Origin: an uncultured bacterium
GTDB taxonomy: Bacteria; Schekmanbacteria; GWA2-38-11; J061
Assembly (NCBI GenBank): GCA_964549305.1
Contig: CAZJVM010000053.1
Span: 1 to 17,190 of the forward strand
Direction: 5' to 3'
DNA length: 17,190 nt
Shown: positions 1 to 8,529 of the stretch, piece after piece
Layout: each line of letters starts with the position of its first letter
Position numbering within the stretch: position 1 is the stretch's first letter
Made by a program: the position numbers and the translations under genes
Notes under the pieces: generated by a model
Seen by the model: only the letters and a program-made list of their open reading frames with translations
What the model was told of the DNA's origin: nothing
Database searches by the model: none

Positions 1-107
1 CATTTGTATGCGTGCCGGCATTTGATTGTCCGGGATTATTTGATTGTCCTCCGCCTGGGCCTTTTGACTGTCCGCAGTTGTTTGGAGGAGGTCCACCACT
101 TCTGTAA
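1..107 (+). CDS. 3' end of a Cys/Phe/Pro-rich repeat peptide (FxC/FDCP repeats); candidate RiPP precursor, 5' truncated by the window
   Basis: Frame from nt 3 reads FVCVPAFDCPGLFDCPPPGPFDCPQLFGGGPPLL, then TAA (105-107). DNA repeats TTTGAYTGTCC at 21, 39 and 63 are spaced 18 and 24 nt apart (multiples of 3). The GAT/GAC variant is synonymous in this frame. A strong hairpin starts 11 nt after the stop. Not in the ORF track. Confidence 0.65.
   Translation, partial: FVCVPAFDCPGLFDCPPPGPFDCPQLFGGGPPLL
21..73 (+). repeat. Three copies of TTTGAYTGTCC (coding FDCP)
   Basis: tttgattgtcc 21-31, tttgattgtcc 39-49, tttgactgtcc 63-73. Confidence 0.9.
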
Positions 108-117
108 AAACATCGAT

Positions 118-155
118 GAATATCAGCGGGCGGCTTTATTGCCGCCCGCATATTC
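118..155 (+). terminator. GC-rich stem-loop after the repeat-peptide stop (terminator or mRNA-stabilising hairpin)
   Basis: GCGGGCGGC (126-134) / loop TTTATT / GCCGCCCGC (141-149), extended by GAATAT (118-123) / ATATTC (150-155). No clear poly-U tail, so it may be leaky or stabilising. Confidence 0.7.
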
Positions 156-230
156 GGTCACTGAAACGACTTTATTCCTGATATATAGAAGTTGATTCAA
201 TCGTGAACGATGAGGAAATAGCGGGAGAGG

Positions 231-258
231 TTGCAGGTATTCAGTCCTGCAATATTAT
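231..258 (+). promoter_or_regulatory. Possible sigma70-type promoter with an overlapping short palindrome
   Basis: TTGCAG (231-236), 16 nt, TATTAT (253-258). Inverted repeat TTGCAGG (231-237) / CCTGCAA (246-252). Confidence 0.3.
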
Positions 259-305
259 AAGTTAATATTTTGAGGATTTTTGGACCTTTATTCAAAAAAC
301 AGACT

Positions 306-1805
306 ATGGCTCTTGAAAAACTGCATAAAAAGGATATTGAAAAACTTTCTGAATTTATCTCTCAGGAACTGCAGTCAAACGGAAAAATCAGAAAGAATGT
401 TTTAAGGGATTTTCTTGTCCAAAAGTATAATCTCTCCGAAAACGAAGCATTGCTCCTTCTTGATTCTATACAAAAAGGTATCGATAAATCAACGGAAGAT
501 GAAATCCTTCTTCTCTTTTCTAAAGGAAATTTAAAGAATGAAGAAAGGATTCGTATTTCTTCTCTGCTTGAAAGAGATAACGATTGGAAATATATTTCGC
601 GCGCTTCTCTCAGACACGGCATCGAGCCCTTGATTTACAGCACTGTGAAAAATACTCTTGATTGTAATATTCCCCCTGATATTTTTGATGCTTTCAAAAA
701 ATCCTACGAGAGAAACGCTTCACGAAACAGATACATAGGGGAAAGATTGCGGGAAATTCTCTTGATGCTGAAGGAGAAAGGAGTGGATGTGATACTTCTT
801 AAGGGAAGTGCGCTTTTGAATACAGTTTACCCGGATTCGGCGATAAGACCAATGCGCGATGTTGACCTGCTTGTAAAGAAAGATGATTTGCCAATAGTTG
901 AAACAATTTTTCTACTTGAGTATGAGGATAAAAGCAGGGTTTTCCCTTCCCGATTGCATAGCGAATATACGGAAGAAAAAGATGCCGAGTTCGTGAGAAA
1001 TTTCGGAGGAGGCGAAACACACGCAAGAGTGTATGCCAATGGTGAAAAATTCTGCGAAGACGGTGAAAAAGATTTTGTAATAGACTTTCACTGGGATTAT
1101 ATAATTCCTTTTGGTCCTTCTCCGGCGCAAATTGCCGAAATGTGGCAAAGAAAGAGGGAAATCGAGGTTGACGGTGCGGAATTATCTGTTTTTTCGCCCG
1201 AAGATATGCTTCTGCATCTTTGTCTGCACCTTAATAACCACATTGGTAAAAGGCATCAGAAACTTATTTGGTGGTATGATATCTCGCGAACAATCAAAGA
1301 ATTTAAATCTGAAATTGACTGGAAAATCTTCCTTTATAACCTCAGACAAAGCGGCAACAAAAAGCATATCCCCTTTATACTTGCGACCCTGAACAGACTC
1401 TTTGAATGCAACATTCCGGAAGTGGCGCTGAATGAATATTCCTTTGACGAGAATAAGATAAGAATAAGCGAAATAGTTAATTTTGATTCTGCCTTTGTTA
1501 AAAGCGAAGAGGAAATGCCCGCTAATGAGAGGGAGATAAATGAGTTGGATTATCTTCAAATGGTCAAATATATAAAGGGCACGGGAAATAAAATTAAATA
1601 TGTGTTAAATGACATATTCCCTTCGAAAGAATATATGCAAAAAAGATACAGAAGCGACTCTGCATCCCTGTTGTATCTTTTTTATTTCAGGAGATTGGGT
1701 AAAACTTCATTACGGGCAGTTAAGCTTGTTTTTGGAATAATAAAAAGTGAATTATTTTCCCCTTCATCTTTAACCAAAAAAGAAAAATCCTCTACGTCAC
1801 ATTAA
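306..1805 (+). CDS. Uncharacterised nucleotidyltransferase family protein (NTP_transf_5 / PF14907-like)
   Basis: Motifs DW...HGIEPL, VILLKGSAL...YPDSAIRPMRDVDLLV, IDFHW, LLHLCLH and WWYDI are typical of this Pol-beta-fold family. ATG at 306 is preferred to TTG at 270. Confidence 0.85.
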   Translation: MALEKLHKKDIEKLSEFISQELQSNGKIRKNVLRDFLVQKYNLSENEALLLLDSIQKGIDKSTEDEILLLFSKGNLKNEERIRISSLLERDNDWKYISRASLRHGIEPLIYSTVKNTLDCNIPPDIFDAFKKSYERNASRNRYIGERLREILLMLKEKGVDVILLKGSALLNTVYPDSAIRPMRDVDLLVKKDDLPIVETIFLLEYEDKSRVFPSRLHSEYTEEKDAEFVRNFGGGETHARVYANGEKFCEDGEKDFVIDFHWDYIIPFGPSPAQIAEMWQRKREIEVDGAELSVFSPEDMLLHLCLHLNNHIGKRHQKLIWWYDISRTIKEFKSEIDWKIFLYNLRQSGNKKHIPFILATLNRLFECNIPEVALNEYSFDENKIRISEIVNFDSAFVKSEEEMPANEREINELDYLQMVKYIKGTGNKIKYVLNDIFPSKEYMQKRYRSDSASLLYLFYFRRLGKTSLRAVKLVFGIIKSELFSPSSLTKKEKSSTSH

Positions 1806-1813
1806 TTTAAATA

Positions 1814-2368
1814 TCAGGAAACTTCATTCAGTTTATCTCCGAGAATGTCATTGCTTGTAAACAATGCGTTGAATTTGTAACCGGCGTTTTCAATATTTTC
1901 CTTTCCGCCCTGCATCCTGTCAACAACTGCGATTACCATTATTACTTCTCCTCCTTCCGATTCAACGGACTGTATCGCTTTAAGCGTTGATCCTCCCGAG
2001 GTTACCACATCTTCAACAAGGACCGCTTTAACTCCTTTTTGAAAGCATCCTTCTATCTGTTTTCCCATTCCGTGACCTTTTTTCTCTTTTCTTATCAGAA
2101 AACCTCCTGTCGGTTTTTTTGAATCTGCGCTCAAAAGCGCCACACCTGATACTATTGGATCTGCGCCGATTGTGGGTCCTCCGATTGCATCTGCATCGAC
2201 GGAATTTATTTCAGACAAAATGATTTCGGATATGAGTTTTAATCCTTGTGGATGAAGGGATGTTTTTCTTATGTCGATATAGTATTTGCTCTTTTTTCCC
2301 GACGCGAGCGTAAAATCTCCGAACTGCAGTGATTCCCTTCGTATAATTTCAAGAAGCTCGTCTTTCAT
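1814..2368 (-). CDS. pyrE: Orotate phosphoribosyltransferase
   Basis: FTLASGKKSKYYID, RKEKKGHG loop and PRPP-binding VLVEDVVTSGGS. Start at ATG 2368, 6 nt after AAAGGA; the ORF-track extension overlaps ferritin. Confidence 0.95.
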   Translation of the reverse strand: MKDELLEIIRRESLQFGDFTLASGKKSKYYIDIRKTSLHPQGLKLISEIILSEINSVDADAIGGPTIGADPIVSGVALLSADSKKPTGGFLIRKEKKGHGMGKQIEGCFQKGVKAVLVEDVVTSGGSTLKAIQSVESEGGEVIMVIAVVDRMQGGKENIENAGYKFNALFTSNDILGDKLNEVS

Positions 2369-2393
2369 ATTCATTCCTTTATGCGTTAGATAA

Positions 2394-2903
2394 TCAGTTT
2401 TCAGCGGGAGGGGTGAAAGTTCTCTGCCCAAGTTCCCTGTCGAGCATAAAGAGCCCGCTTCCGTCTTTGCCTATGAGTTTTAACTGCTGAATGATATCGT
2501 TAACCGATGTTTCCTCCTCTACCTGTTCGGAGACGAACCATTGAAGCATTCCTTCTGTTGCGTGGTCATTTTCCTTTTTTGCAAGGTCAACAAGTTTGTT
2601 TATCCTTGCCGTTACATTCTGTTCGTGCCTGAGGGTTTTTTCATAGAGGTCAAAAGTCGATTTAAACTTGTTTTCCGGCTTTTCTATGGCTTCAAGAATG
2701 ACTTGTTCTCCCTGATCGAGTATATATTTATAAACTTTTTGCCCGTGAAAAATTTCTTCCTGCACCTGCACGTTAAACCAGTTTGCCAATCCCTTGAGTC
2801 CCGCGTTTTCGCAATATGCCTGCATTGAAAGATAGAGGTATGAGGAATAAAGTTCCTTGTTTAAATGGTCGTTTAAAGCTTTTGCCATCTTTTTGCTTAT
2901 CAT
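2394..2903 (-). CDS. ftnA: Non-heme bacterial ferritin
   Basis: ELYSSYLY, QEEIFH, HEQ and WFVSEQVEEE ferroxidase-centre motifs. AAGGAG RBS 6 nt before ATG 2903. Confidence 0.93.
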   Translation of the reverse strand: MISKKMAKALNDHLNKELYSSYLYLSMQAYCENAGLKGLANWFNVQVQEEIFHGQKVYKYILDQGEQVILEAIEKPENKFKSTFDLYEKTLRHEQNVTARINKLVDLAKKENDHATEGMLQWFVSEQVEEETSVNDIIQQLKLIGKDGSGLFMLDRELGQRTFTPPAEN

Positions 2904-3047
2904 CACTTTCTCCTTATTTAGAATTTTTTATGAGCTGTCTTTATTTAATCATTCTGTGAGAAAAATCAATCTATTGTTTATTTCTCTTTATTCAAAAAGT
3001 TACTCACATCTGGTTAAATGAAGTAATTTATGCTATTGCTCATCATT

Positions 3048-4403
3048 ATGATTCTATTAATCAATCCGCCTTATTTCGAAAGAGATGAGCTTAAGGAGCG
3101 CTTTTCTTCATACAGAGAATGGATAAGGAAGGGCAACATGTATGCCGTTGCATTCGAGCCTCCTGTGGGAATTTCCGAGCTTGCGTCGTTTTTGAATCAA
3201 AAAGGGAGAGATGCAAAAATTCTCGATATACCGGGACATTTTTTGAGCAATGAAGAGGTTGAATCGGAGATTTTACGTCTTAAACCCCAAATAGCGGGAA
3301 TTACAACTATGAGCGCGACGGTTGCCGAAAGTTTGAGAATCGCAAAATCCATAAAAAGGATATCGCCTTCAACGACTGTTGTAATCGGAGGTGTGCATCC
3401 CACTGTAATGCCCGAAAGCATTCTTGAGAAGGAGTATGTGGATTATGTTGTGAGGGGAGAAGGCGAGTTCGCGCTTCTTGATATAGATAAAGTTGTAAAA
3501 GGGGACTCTTCGGCTGATATTCTCAACAAACCGGGAAACGGAATATGCTTTAAAAATGGGAAGGTAATGCGTATTTCGGAAAAAGCGCCTTTGATTGATG
3601 ATATCGATGATATTCCCCTTGCCGATTACGGACTTTTCCCTGCCGAAAACTACATTAAATATAATGAAGACTTAAGAGGTTTGAAAGGCATTTCGATGAT
3701 TGCCGGGAGAGGATGCCCCTACTCCTGTACGTTTTGCGCCGTAAATAAAACTATGGGACGACTTGACAGGAGAAGAAGTCCGGAAGTCGTTACAAAGAAA
3801 ATATCCGAACTTGCAGAAAGGTACGGTATCGGCGGAATATGGTTTAAAGACAGCACCTTTAATCTTGATCCGGGATGGGTAGGAGAATTTTGCGCTCTCG
3901 TCAAAAAAGAAATGCCATCCCTGAAATGGCAGATAAATACAAGGGTTGACCTTGTCCGCGATAATGAGATTGCTATGATGAAGGATGCCGGGCTCGTGCA
4001 GATTGATTTGGGAATAGAATCGGGCGCGCCTTCCACTTTAGCGCTACTTGACAAGAAATACTCAGTTGAAGACATTGAAAAAAGCGTTGACCGGGCAAAA
4101 AAATATGTAAAAGTCGCTGGTTTTTTTATGATTGGCCTTCCCGGTGAAAGTGAAAGCGATATCGACAAAACGTTTGAGCTTGCCAAACGGCTTGAGCTTG
4201 ACTCTTATTCATTCAGTATTTTTTCTCCTCTTCCGGGAACAAAACTTTTTGAAAACTTGTTGATGGAAGGGAAAATATCGGGAGAAAAATGGACCTATTC
4301 CAACAGTCATTTTACAAAAACGGCAGAATCATTCTGCTTTTTGGACAGAGAAAAACTGACTGACAAGTATGCCGAAATAAACGACTATTTTTCATCTATA
4401 TAA
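3048..4403 (+). CDS. B12-binding domain radical SAM protein (class B-type)
   Basis: N-terminal ILLINPP...PPVG, VVIGGVHPT and DYVVRGEGE (B12-binding domain). CxxxCxxC motif GRGCPYSCTFC, plus GIESG, FMIGLPGE and PLPGT. Start is ATG 3048 or 3030. Confidence 0.9.
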   Translation: MILLINPPYFERDELKERFSSYREWIRKGNMYAVAFEPPVGISELASFLNQKGRDAKILDIPGHFLSNEEVESEILRLKPQIAGITTMSATVAESLRIAKSIKRISPSTTVVIGGVHPTVMPESILEKEYVDYVVRGEGEFALLDIDKVVKGDSSADILNKPGNGICFKNGKVMRISEKAPLIDDIDDIPLADYGLFPAENYIKYNEDLRGLKGISMIAGRGCPYSCTFCAVNKTMGRLDRRRSPEVVTKKISELAERYGIGGIWFKDSTFNLDPGWVGEFCALVKKEMPSLKWQINTRVDLVRDNEIAMMKDAGLVQIDLGIESGAPSTLALLDKKYSVEDIEKSVDRAKKYVKVAGFFMIGLPGESESDIDKTFELAKRLELDSYSFSIFSPLPGTKLFENLLMEGKISGEKWTYSNSHFTKTAESFCFLDREKLTDKYAEINDYFSSI

Positions 4404-4459
4404 TGTTTTTCCTCTTGCTGAAAACGCCTAATACTTGATTTTTCAAGATTTTAAAAAAC

Positions 4460-4488
4460 TTGACATATGGGGGTTAAAAGTGTATTTT
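4460..4488 (+). promoter_or_regulatory. Sigma70-type promoter for the CoA-ligase operon
   Basis: TTGACA (4460-4465), 17 nt, TATTTT (4483-4488). GGAG precedes ATG 4547. Confidence 0.6.
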
Positions 4489-4546
4489 CTCCCGAATTTT
4501 CAATGAAATTCATCACATTACAGTTAAAAAACGGAGCTATTGAAAG

Positions 4547-5725
4547 ATGAGACTTTTTGAACATGAAACGAAAAAGGTATTTAAAGTCAGTGGAATTCCG
4601 GTGCCTGAAAATCAGGTGATAGAATCTCCTGATGAGATTGCTATTGAAGGTCCCACAGTGTTAAAAGTTCAGATTCCGTCGGGAGGAAGAAAAAAAGCGG
4701 GCGGAGTGCTTTTTGCTTCAGATAGGAAGGAATCCGTTGAAAAAGCTAAAGAACTTTTGGGAAAAGAAATTAAAGGATTCAATGTTAAAAAACTTCTCGT
4801 TGAAACTCAGCTTGATATTGAATCGGAATACTTTATGGCAGTAACTTTTGATTCCGCGAGGCAAAGGCCTGTTATCATATTCAGCACGGAAGGCGGAATC
4901 GATATAGAAGAACTTGCGGAAAAATATCCCGAAAAAATCGTTCGTCATGACATTGATACAGCGAAAGGGGTATATGAGCATCAGATGAGGCAGGTTGTGG
5001 CAAAATCAGGAGCCGATTCCGCGAGCATATTAAAGGCAGGCGCTGTTTTATACCGTCTTGTTCAGGTTTTTCTGAATAATGACGCAACCCTTGCCGAGAT
5101 CAACCCTCTTGTAAAAACAAAGGACGGGAAATTTTTTGCCGTAGACGGACATATGGAAACAGATGACGACGCACTTTACAGACAGAAGAAACTTTTAGAG
5201 CTTCTCGGTGAAAGAGAAGAGAGCAAGGGGAAAAAACAGACGGAATTTGAGAAGAAAGCCGCTGAAATAGATGAGCTTGACCATCGCGGAGTTGCGGGAA
5301 GAATGATTGAGTTTGACGGCAATCTCGGACTTCTCATAGGGGGAGGAGGAGCAAGTCTCACATCTTTCGATGCAATAAGAAAGCATGGAGGTAAGCCGGC
5401 GAATTATTGTGAAATTGGCGGGAATCCCAGTGTATTCAAAGTTCAGGAACTTGTAAAACTCATTCTTTCCCGACCGGGCATCGACAGGATTGCCGTAATA
5501 ATGAATGTTGTGAGCAATACGAGAGTTGACCTTGTGGCAAGAGGTGTAGTTAAGGGAGTTATCGAAAGCGGGAAGAAACCTTCTGAAACAATCACTGTTT
5601 TCCGTATTCCGGGCGCTTGGGAGGACGAAGGTTTCAGGCTTCTTAAAAAACACGGTGTGCAGTATTGCGACAGAACAGTTTCAATCGACGAGGCGGCAAA
5701 GATAGCCGTTGAAAAGAGCGTTTAG
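4547..5725 (+). CDS. Succinate--CoA ligase beta-subunit family (SucC-like, ATP-grasp); substrate uncertain
   Basis: MRLFEHE.K, KVQIPSGGRKKAGGV, STEGGIDIEE and LAEINPL. C-terminal ligase domain has GGGGAS and PANYCEIGGNP. Confidence 0.85.
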   Translation: MRLFEHETKKVFKVSGIPVPENQVIESPDEIAIEGPTVLKVQIPSGGRKKAGGVLFASDRKESVEKAKELLGKEIKGFNVKKLLVETQLDIESEYFMAVTFDSARQRPVIIFSTEGGIDIEELAEKYPEKIVRHDIDTAKGVYEHQMRQVVAKSGADSASILKAGAVLYRLVQVFLNNDATLAEINPLVKTKDGKFFAVDGHMETDDDALYRQKKLLELLGEREESKGKKQTEFEKKAAEIDELDHRGVAGRMIEFDGNLGLLIGGGGASLTSFDAIRKHGGKPANYCEIGGNPSVFKVQELVKLILSRPGIDRIAVIMNVVSNTRVDLVARGVVKGVIESGKKPSETITVFRIPGAWEDEGFRLLKKHGVQYCDRTVSIDEAAKIAVEKSV

Positions 5726-5767
5726 ATGATTTTAAGTTTAACTGAGAGATAAAAGAGGAAAAATAAA

Positions 5768-6661
5768 ATGGCGATTCTTGCAGGTGAGAATACAAAGATA
5801 ATTATTCAGGGAATTACCGGAAGGGAAGCAACTACATTTACGAAAGACCTTCTCGATTACGGGTCGGATGTTGTAGCGGGAATAACTCCGGGCAAAGGAG
5901 GATGGGAAGTTTACGGCGTGCCTGTTTTCGATACCGTTAAGCAGGCAGTTGAAAAAGCGCCCGCAGACGCAAGCATAATCTCCGTGCCTCCGGCAATGGT
6001 TAAAGGTGCGGCATTCGAAGCGATAGACAACGGAATCAAACTTGTCGTAATAGTGACTGAAAGAGTTCCGCGTATAGATGTTGTGCATATAGTGGCATTT
6101 GCCCGTCAAAACGGCGCAACGGTAATAGGACCGAATTCACTTGGATTGATTTCGCCCCATAAGACCAAAGTGGGAATGGTCGGCGGAAGAGCGGATGATG
6201 TGAAAAAAGCTTATTGTGAAGGCAATGTGGGAATTATTTCAAGATCGGGCGGAATGACAACTGAGATTGCAAACCTTCTCACACTCAACGGAATAGGACA
6301 GAGCACGTGCATAAGCATAGGCGGTGATGCCATTGTGGGATCCAATTATCTTGACCTTGTGCCTCTTTTTGCCGGGGATGAGCAGACAAAAGCGGTTGTG
6401 ATTTTTTGCGAACCGGGGGGTAATGTTGAGGAATCCCTGGCGGAAATGGTTGTTCGCGAAAAAATAGATTTACCCATTGTTGCCTTTGTGGCGGGGAGAT
6501 TTGCCGATGAGATGCCCGGTGTCAGATTCGGGCACGCTGCAGCGATAGTTGAGGGAAACAAAGGAACGACGAAAGGAAAAATCGAAAAGTTCAAAGCAGC
6601 GGGAATAATGGTTGCCGAAGAGTTCAAAGATATAATCACTCATTTAAAGTCTGTTTTATAG
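5768..6661 (+). CDS. Succinate--CoA ligase alpha-subunit family (SucD-like)
   Basis: IQGITG, VAGITPGKGG, IGPNSLG, ISRSGGMT and IGGD; phospho-His loop RFGHAAAI. Confidence 0.88.
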   Translation: MAILAGENTKIIIQGITGREATTFTKDLLDYGSDVVAGITPGKGGWEVYGVPVFDTVKQAVEKAPADASIISVPPAMVKGAAFEAIDNGIKLVVIVTERVPRIDVVHIVAFARQNGATVIGPNSLGLISPHKTKVGMVGGRADDVKKAYCEGNVGIISRSGGMTTEIANLLTLNGIGQSTCISIGGDAIVGSNYLDLVPLFAGDEQTKAVVIFCEPGGNVEESLAEMVVREKIDLPIVAFVAGRFADEMPGVRFGHAAAIVEGNKGTTKGKIEKFKAAGIMVAEEFKDIITHLKSVL

Positions 6662-6680
6662 ATTCGGGAGATTGAAGAAT

Positions 6681-6893
6681 ATGGGAAGCATTTTTATCAA
6701 TGTAAAAATAAAAGACGGATGTCTCGGGATAGAAAAGTGCGGTGAGTGCGTAAAAATCTGCCCTGTGAATATTTTTGAAGCCAAAGGCAATGAAGTCGGA
6801 ATTATCGAAAAAAACGAAGACGAATGCACTCTCTGCGACCTCTGCCTTCAGAAATGCCCTGTGAATGTTGTTGTCATCGAAAAGAGTTATTAG
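6681..6893 (+). CDS. Small 2x[4Fe-4S]-type ferredoxin
   Basis: CLGIEKCGECVKICP and CTLCDLCLQKCP. GGAG 10 nt before ATG 6681. Confidence 0.88.
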   Translation: MGSIFINVKIKDGCLGIEKCGECVKICPVNIFEAKGNEVGIIEKNEDECTLCDLCLQKCPVNVVVIEKSY

Positions 6894-7003
6894 TCAATCA
6901 TTGTGTCCTTGCGAATGTCGGATGCGGGGTTTTCCGAAAATCTTATTTTTTCATATCTGGTCGCATATAAGGCGTTTGTCTGTCCCTTTACGGGAAAGTA
7001 TAA

Positions 7004-7744
7004 ATGGAATATAAAAACCTTGAAAAGGTCCCGGAAGAGGTTAAAAGGTATTTTCTTCCTTTTTGTGATGAAATAAGCAATGCAAATCAGGGAAATATTG
7101 TTTCTGCGGTTATTTACGGAAGCGCAGTGACAGGTGATTTTGTCGCGGGAAGATCAGATATCAATTCCGCTTTTGTCTTCAAAGACTACCATTTCGAATA
7201 TTTTAGAAGTTCTGCTAAAATCGTTAAAAAAGCTTTAAAGAGAAATATTTCTCCTCCGTTATTTTTAACTTCTCAAATGATAAATGAATCTGCAGATGTT
7301 TTTCCCATGGAATTTTCGGAAATAATAGAAAACCATATTTTAATCTTTGGAGAAGATATCTTCGGAAAAGTTGAAATATCACGAGAGCATCTCAGACTTC
7401 AATGTGAACAGCAGGTAAAGGGTAAACTCCTTCTTTTAAGACAGGCATATCTTGAAACGGGCGGAAACGGCAAAAAAATTGAATTTCTGATGGTGGATTC
7501 CATTTCTTCCATATTTCCCATATTAAGAACATTTCTGAAGTTAAAAGGCATTAAAGACCTCTCATCGAATCTTGAAGTGATTTCTGCTGTGGAAAAACAA
7601 ATGGATTTTTCCGGTTCGATTATAAGGGATATCCTGAAAGATAAAGCAGGTGACGGGAAAATAGGCCGTTTTGACGCTGAAAATGCTTTTTCAAGATATA
7701 TCGATGAAATCAGAAATATCTCCGGAGCGGTAAATGAACTTTAA
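7004..7744 (+). CDS. Pol-beta-fold nucleotidyltransferase-like protein
   Basis: AVIYGSAVTGDFVAGRSDIN (hG[S]x9-13Dh[D/N]) and DVFPMEF, with a helical C-terminal domain. Overlaps the next gene by 11 nt. Confidence 0.7.
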   Translation: MEYKNLEKVPEEVKRYFLPFCDEISNANQGNIVSAVIYGSAVTGDFVAGRSDINSAFVFKDYHFEYFRSSAKIVKKALKRNISPPLFLTSQMINESADVFPMEFSEIIENHILIFGEDIFGKVEISREHLRLQCEQQVKGKLLLLRQAYLETGGNGKKIEFLMVDSISSIFPILRTFLKLKGIKDLSSNLEVISAVEKQMDFSGSIIRDILKDKAGDGKIGRFDAENAFSRYIDEIRNISGAVNEL

Positions 7745-8498
7745 AGGAAAATATTTCCTTATTTTTCTTTTTATAATACTTTCTTCCGCTACAGGCGCAT
7801 TGATTACTGAATCATCGGAGTCTTATCCTTCGCCTCGGGGTTATGTAAATGATTTCAGTAATGTCATTTCAGCAGGCGCGGAAAACCAAATAATCTCACT
7901 GTGCAGTGCCGTTAAAGAAAAAACGGGAATCGAAATTTCCGTGGTTTTCATAGATTCCACAAAACCGGTTGATATAGAGCTTTATGCCGTCAAGTTGTTC
8001 GAGAAGTGGGGAATAGGGGAGAAGAAAAAAGATAACGGAATACTTTTTATCTCCGCGGTAGGCGACCGTAAAGCGAGAATAGAGGTCGGTTACGGGCTTG
8101 AAGGAATAATTACCGACGGATACTGCGGAGAAGTGCTCGATAGGGTTATTCCCTATTTTGCCTCGGGAAATTATGACAACGGAGCGTTTGTAGCAGTTGC
8201 GGGAATTGTTTCAAAAATAGCAAAGGAGTACAATATTGACTTTGAGGGAGTGAAACCGGTGCGAAAATATTCCTCTTCAAAAAGAGTGAATCCTTTTAAA
8301 AATATTTTCGGTACTCTTTTCTTCCTGTTTTTTGTATTTACGAGATTGGGGTTTGTCCCATTTTTTAGGGGCAGAAGAAGGTATGGACTCGGAGGGTACC
8401 GCGCGGGAGGTTTCGGAGGTTCGGGCGGAAGTTTCGGAGGTTTCGGAGGTTTCGGGGGAGGAATGAGTGGAGGAGGAGGCGCAAGCCGCTCCTGGTAA
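7734..8498 (+). CDS. TPM-domain (YgcG-like) membrane protein
   Basis: Signal peptide, YVNDFSNVI, WGIGEKKKDNGIL, RIEVGYGLEG, a TM helix and the Gly-rich tail FGGGMSGGGGASRSW. Confidence 0.92.
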   Translation: MNFKGKYFLIFLFIILSSATGALITESSESYPSPRGYVNDFSNVISAGAENQIISLCSAVKEKTGIEISVVFIDSTKPVDIELYAVKLFEKWGIGEKKKDNGILFISAVGDRKARIEVGYGLEGIITDGYCGEVLDRVIPYFASGNYDNGAFVAVAGIVSKIAKEYNIDFEGVKPVRKYSSSKRVNPFKNIFGTLFFLFFVFTRLGFVPFFRGRRRYGLGGYRAGGFGGSGGSFGGFGGFGGGMSGGGGASRSW

Positions 8499-8529
8499 AA
8501 ATATAGAATAAATCCGGAGGTGCATAATT

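Noticed and set aside
21-73. Repeats as a CRISPR array
   Set aside because: 11-nt repeats with 7- and 13-nt spacers are far too short, and no cas genes are present.
1-151. Antisense open frame (MRAAIKPP...GQSKGPGGGQSNNPGQSN...)
   Set aside because: It is also open and the repeat variant is also synonymous, but its ATG lies inside the hairpin with no RBS. Disfavoured, not strictly excluded.
4-195. ORF-track 63-aa ORF (frame 1)
   Set aside because: TTG start at the window edge, it runs through the hairpin, and the repeat variant is non-synonymous in this frame. Frame 3 explains the repeats and stop position better.
2907-3047. Fur box upstream of ferritin
   Set aside because: Only a partial AATCATT match in AT-rich DNA; no 19-bp palindrome.
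4434-4447. CTTGA-N4-TCAAG palindrome as an FNR site
   Set aside because: Spacing is 2 nt shorter than TTGAT-N4-ATCAA, and it is short enough to arise by chance.
8405-8480. GGTTTCGGA tandem repeats
   Set aside because: They encode the normal GGF/Gly-rich tail of TPM-domain proteins.
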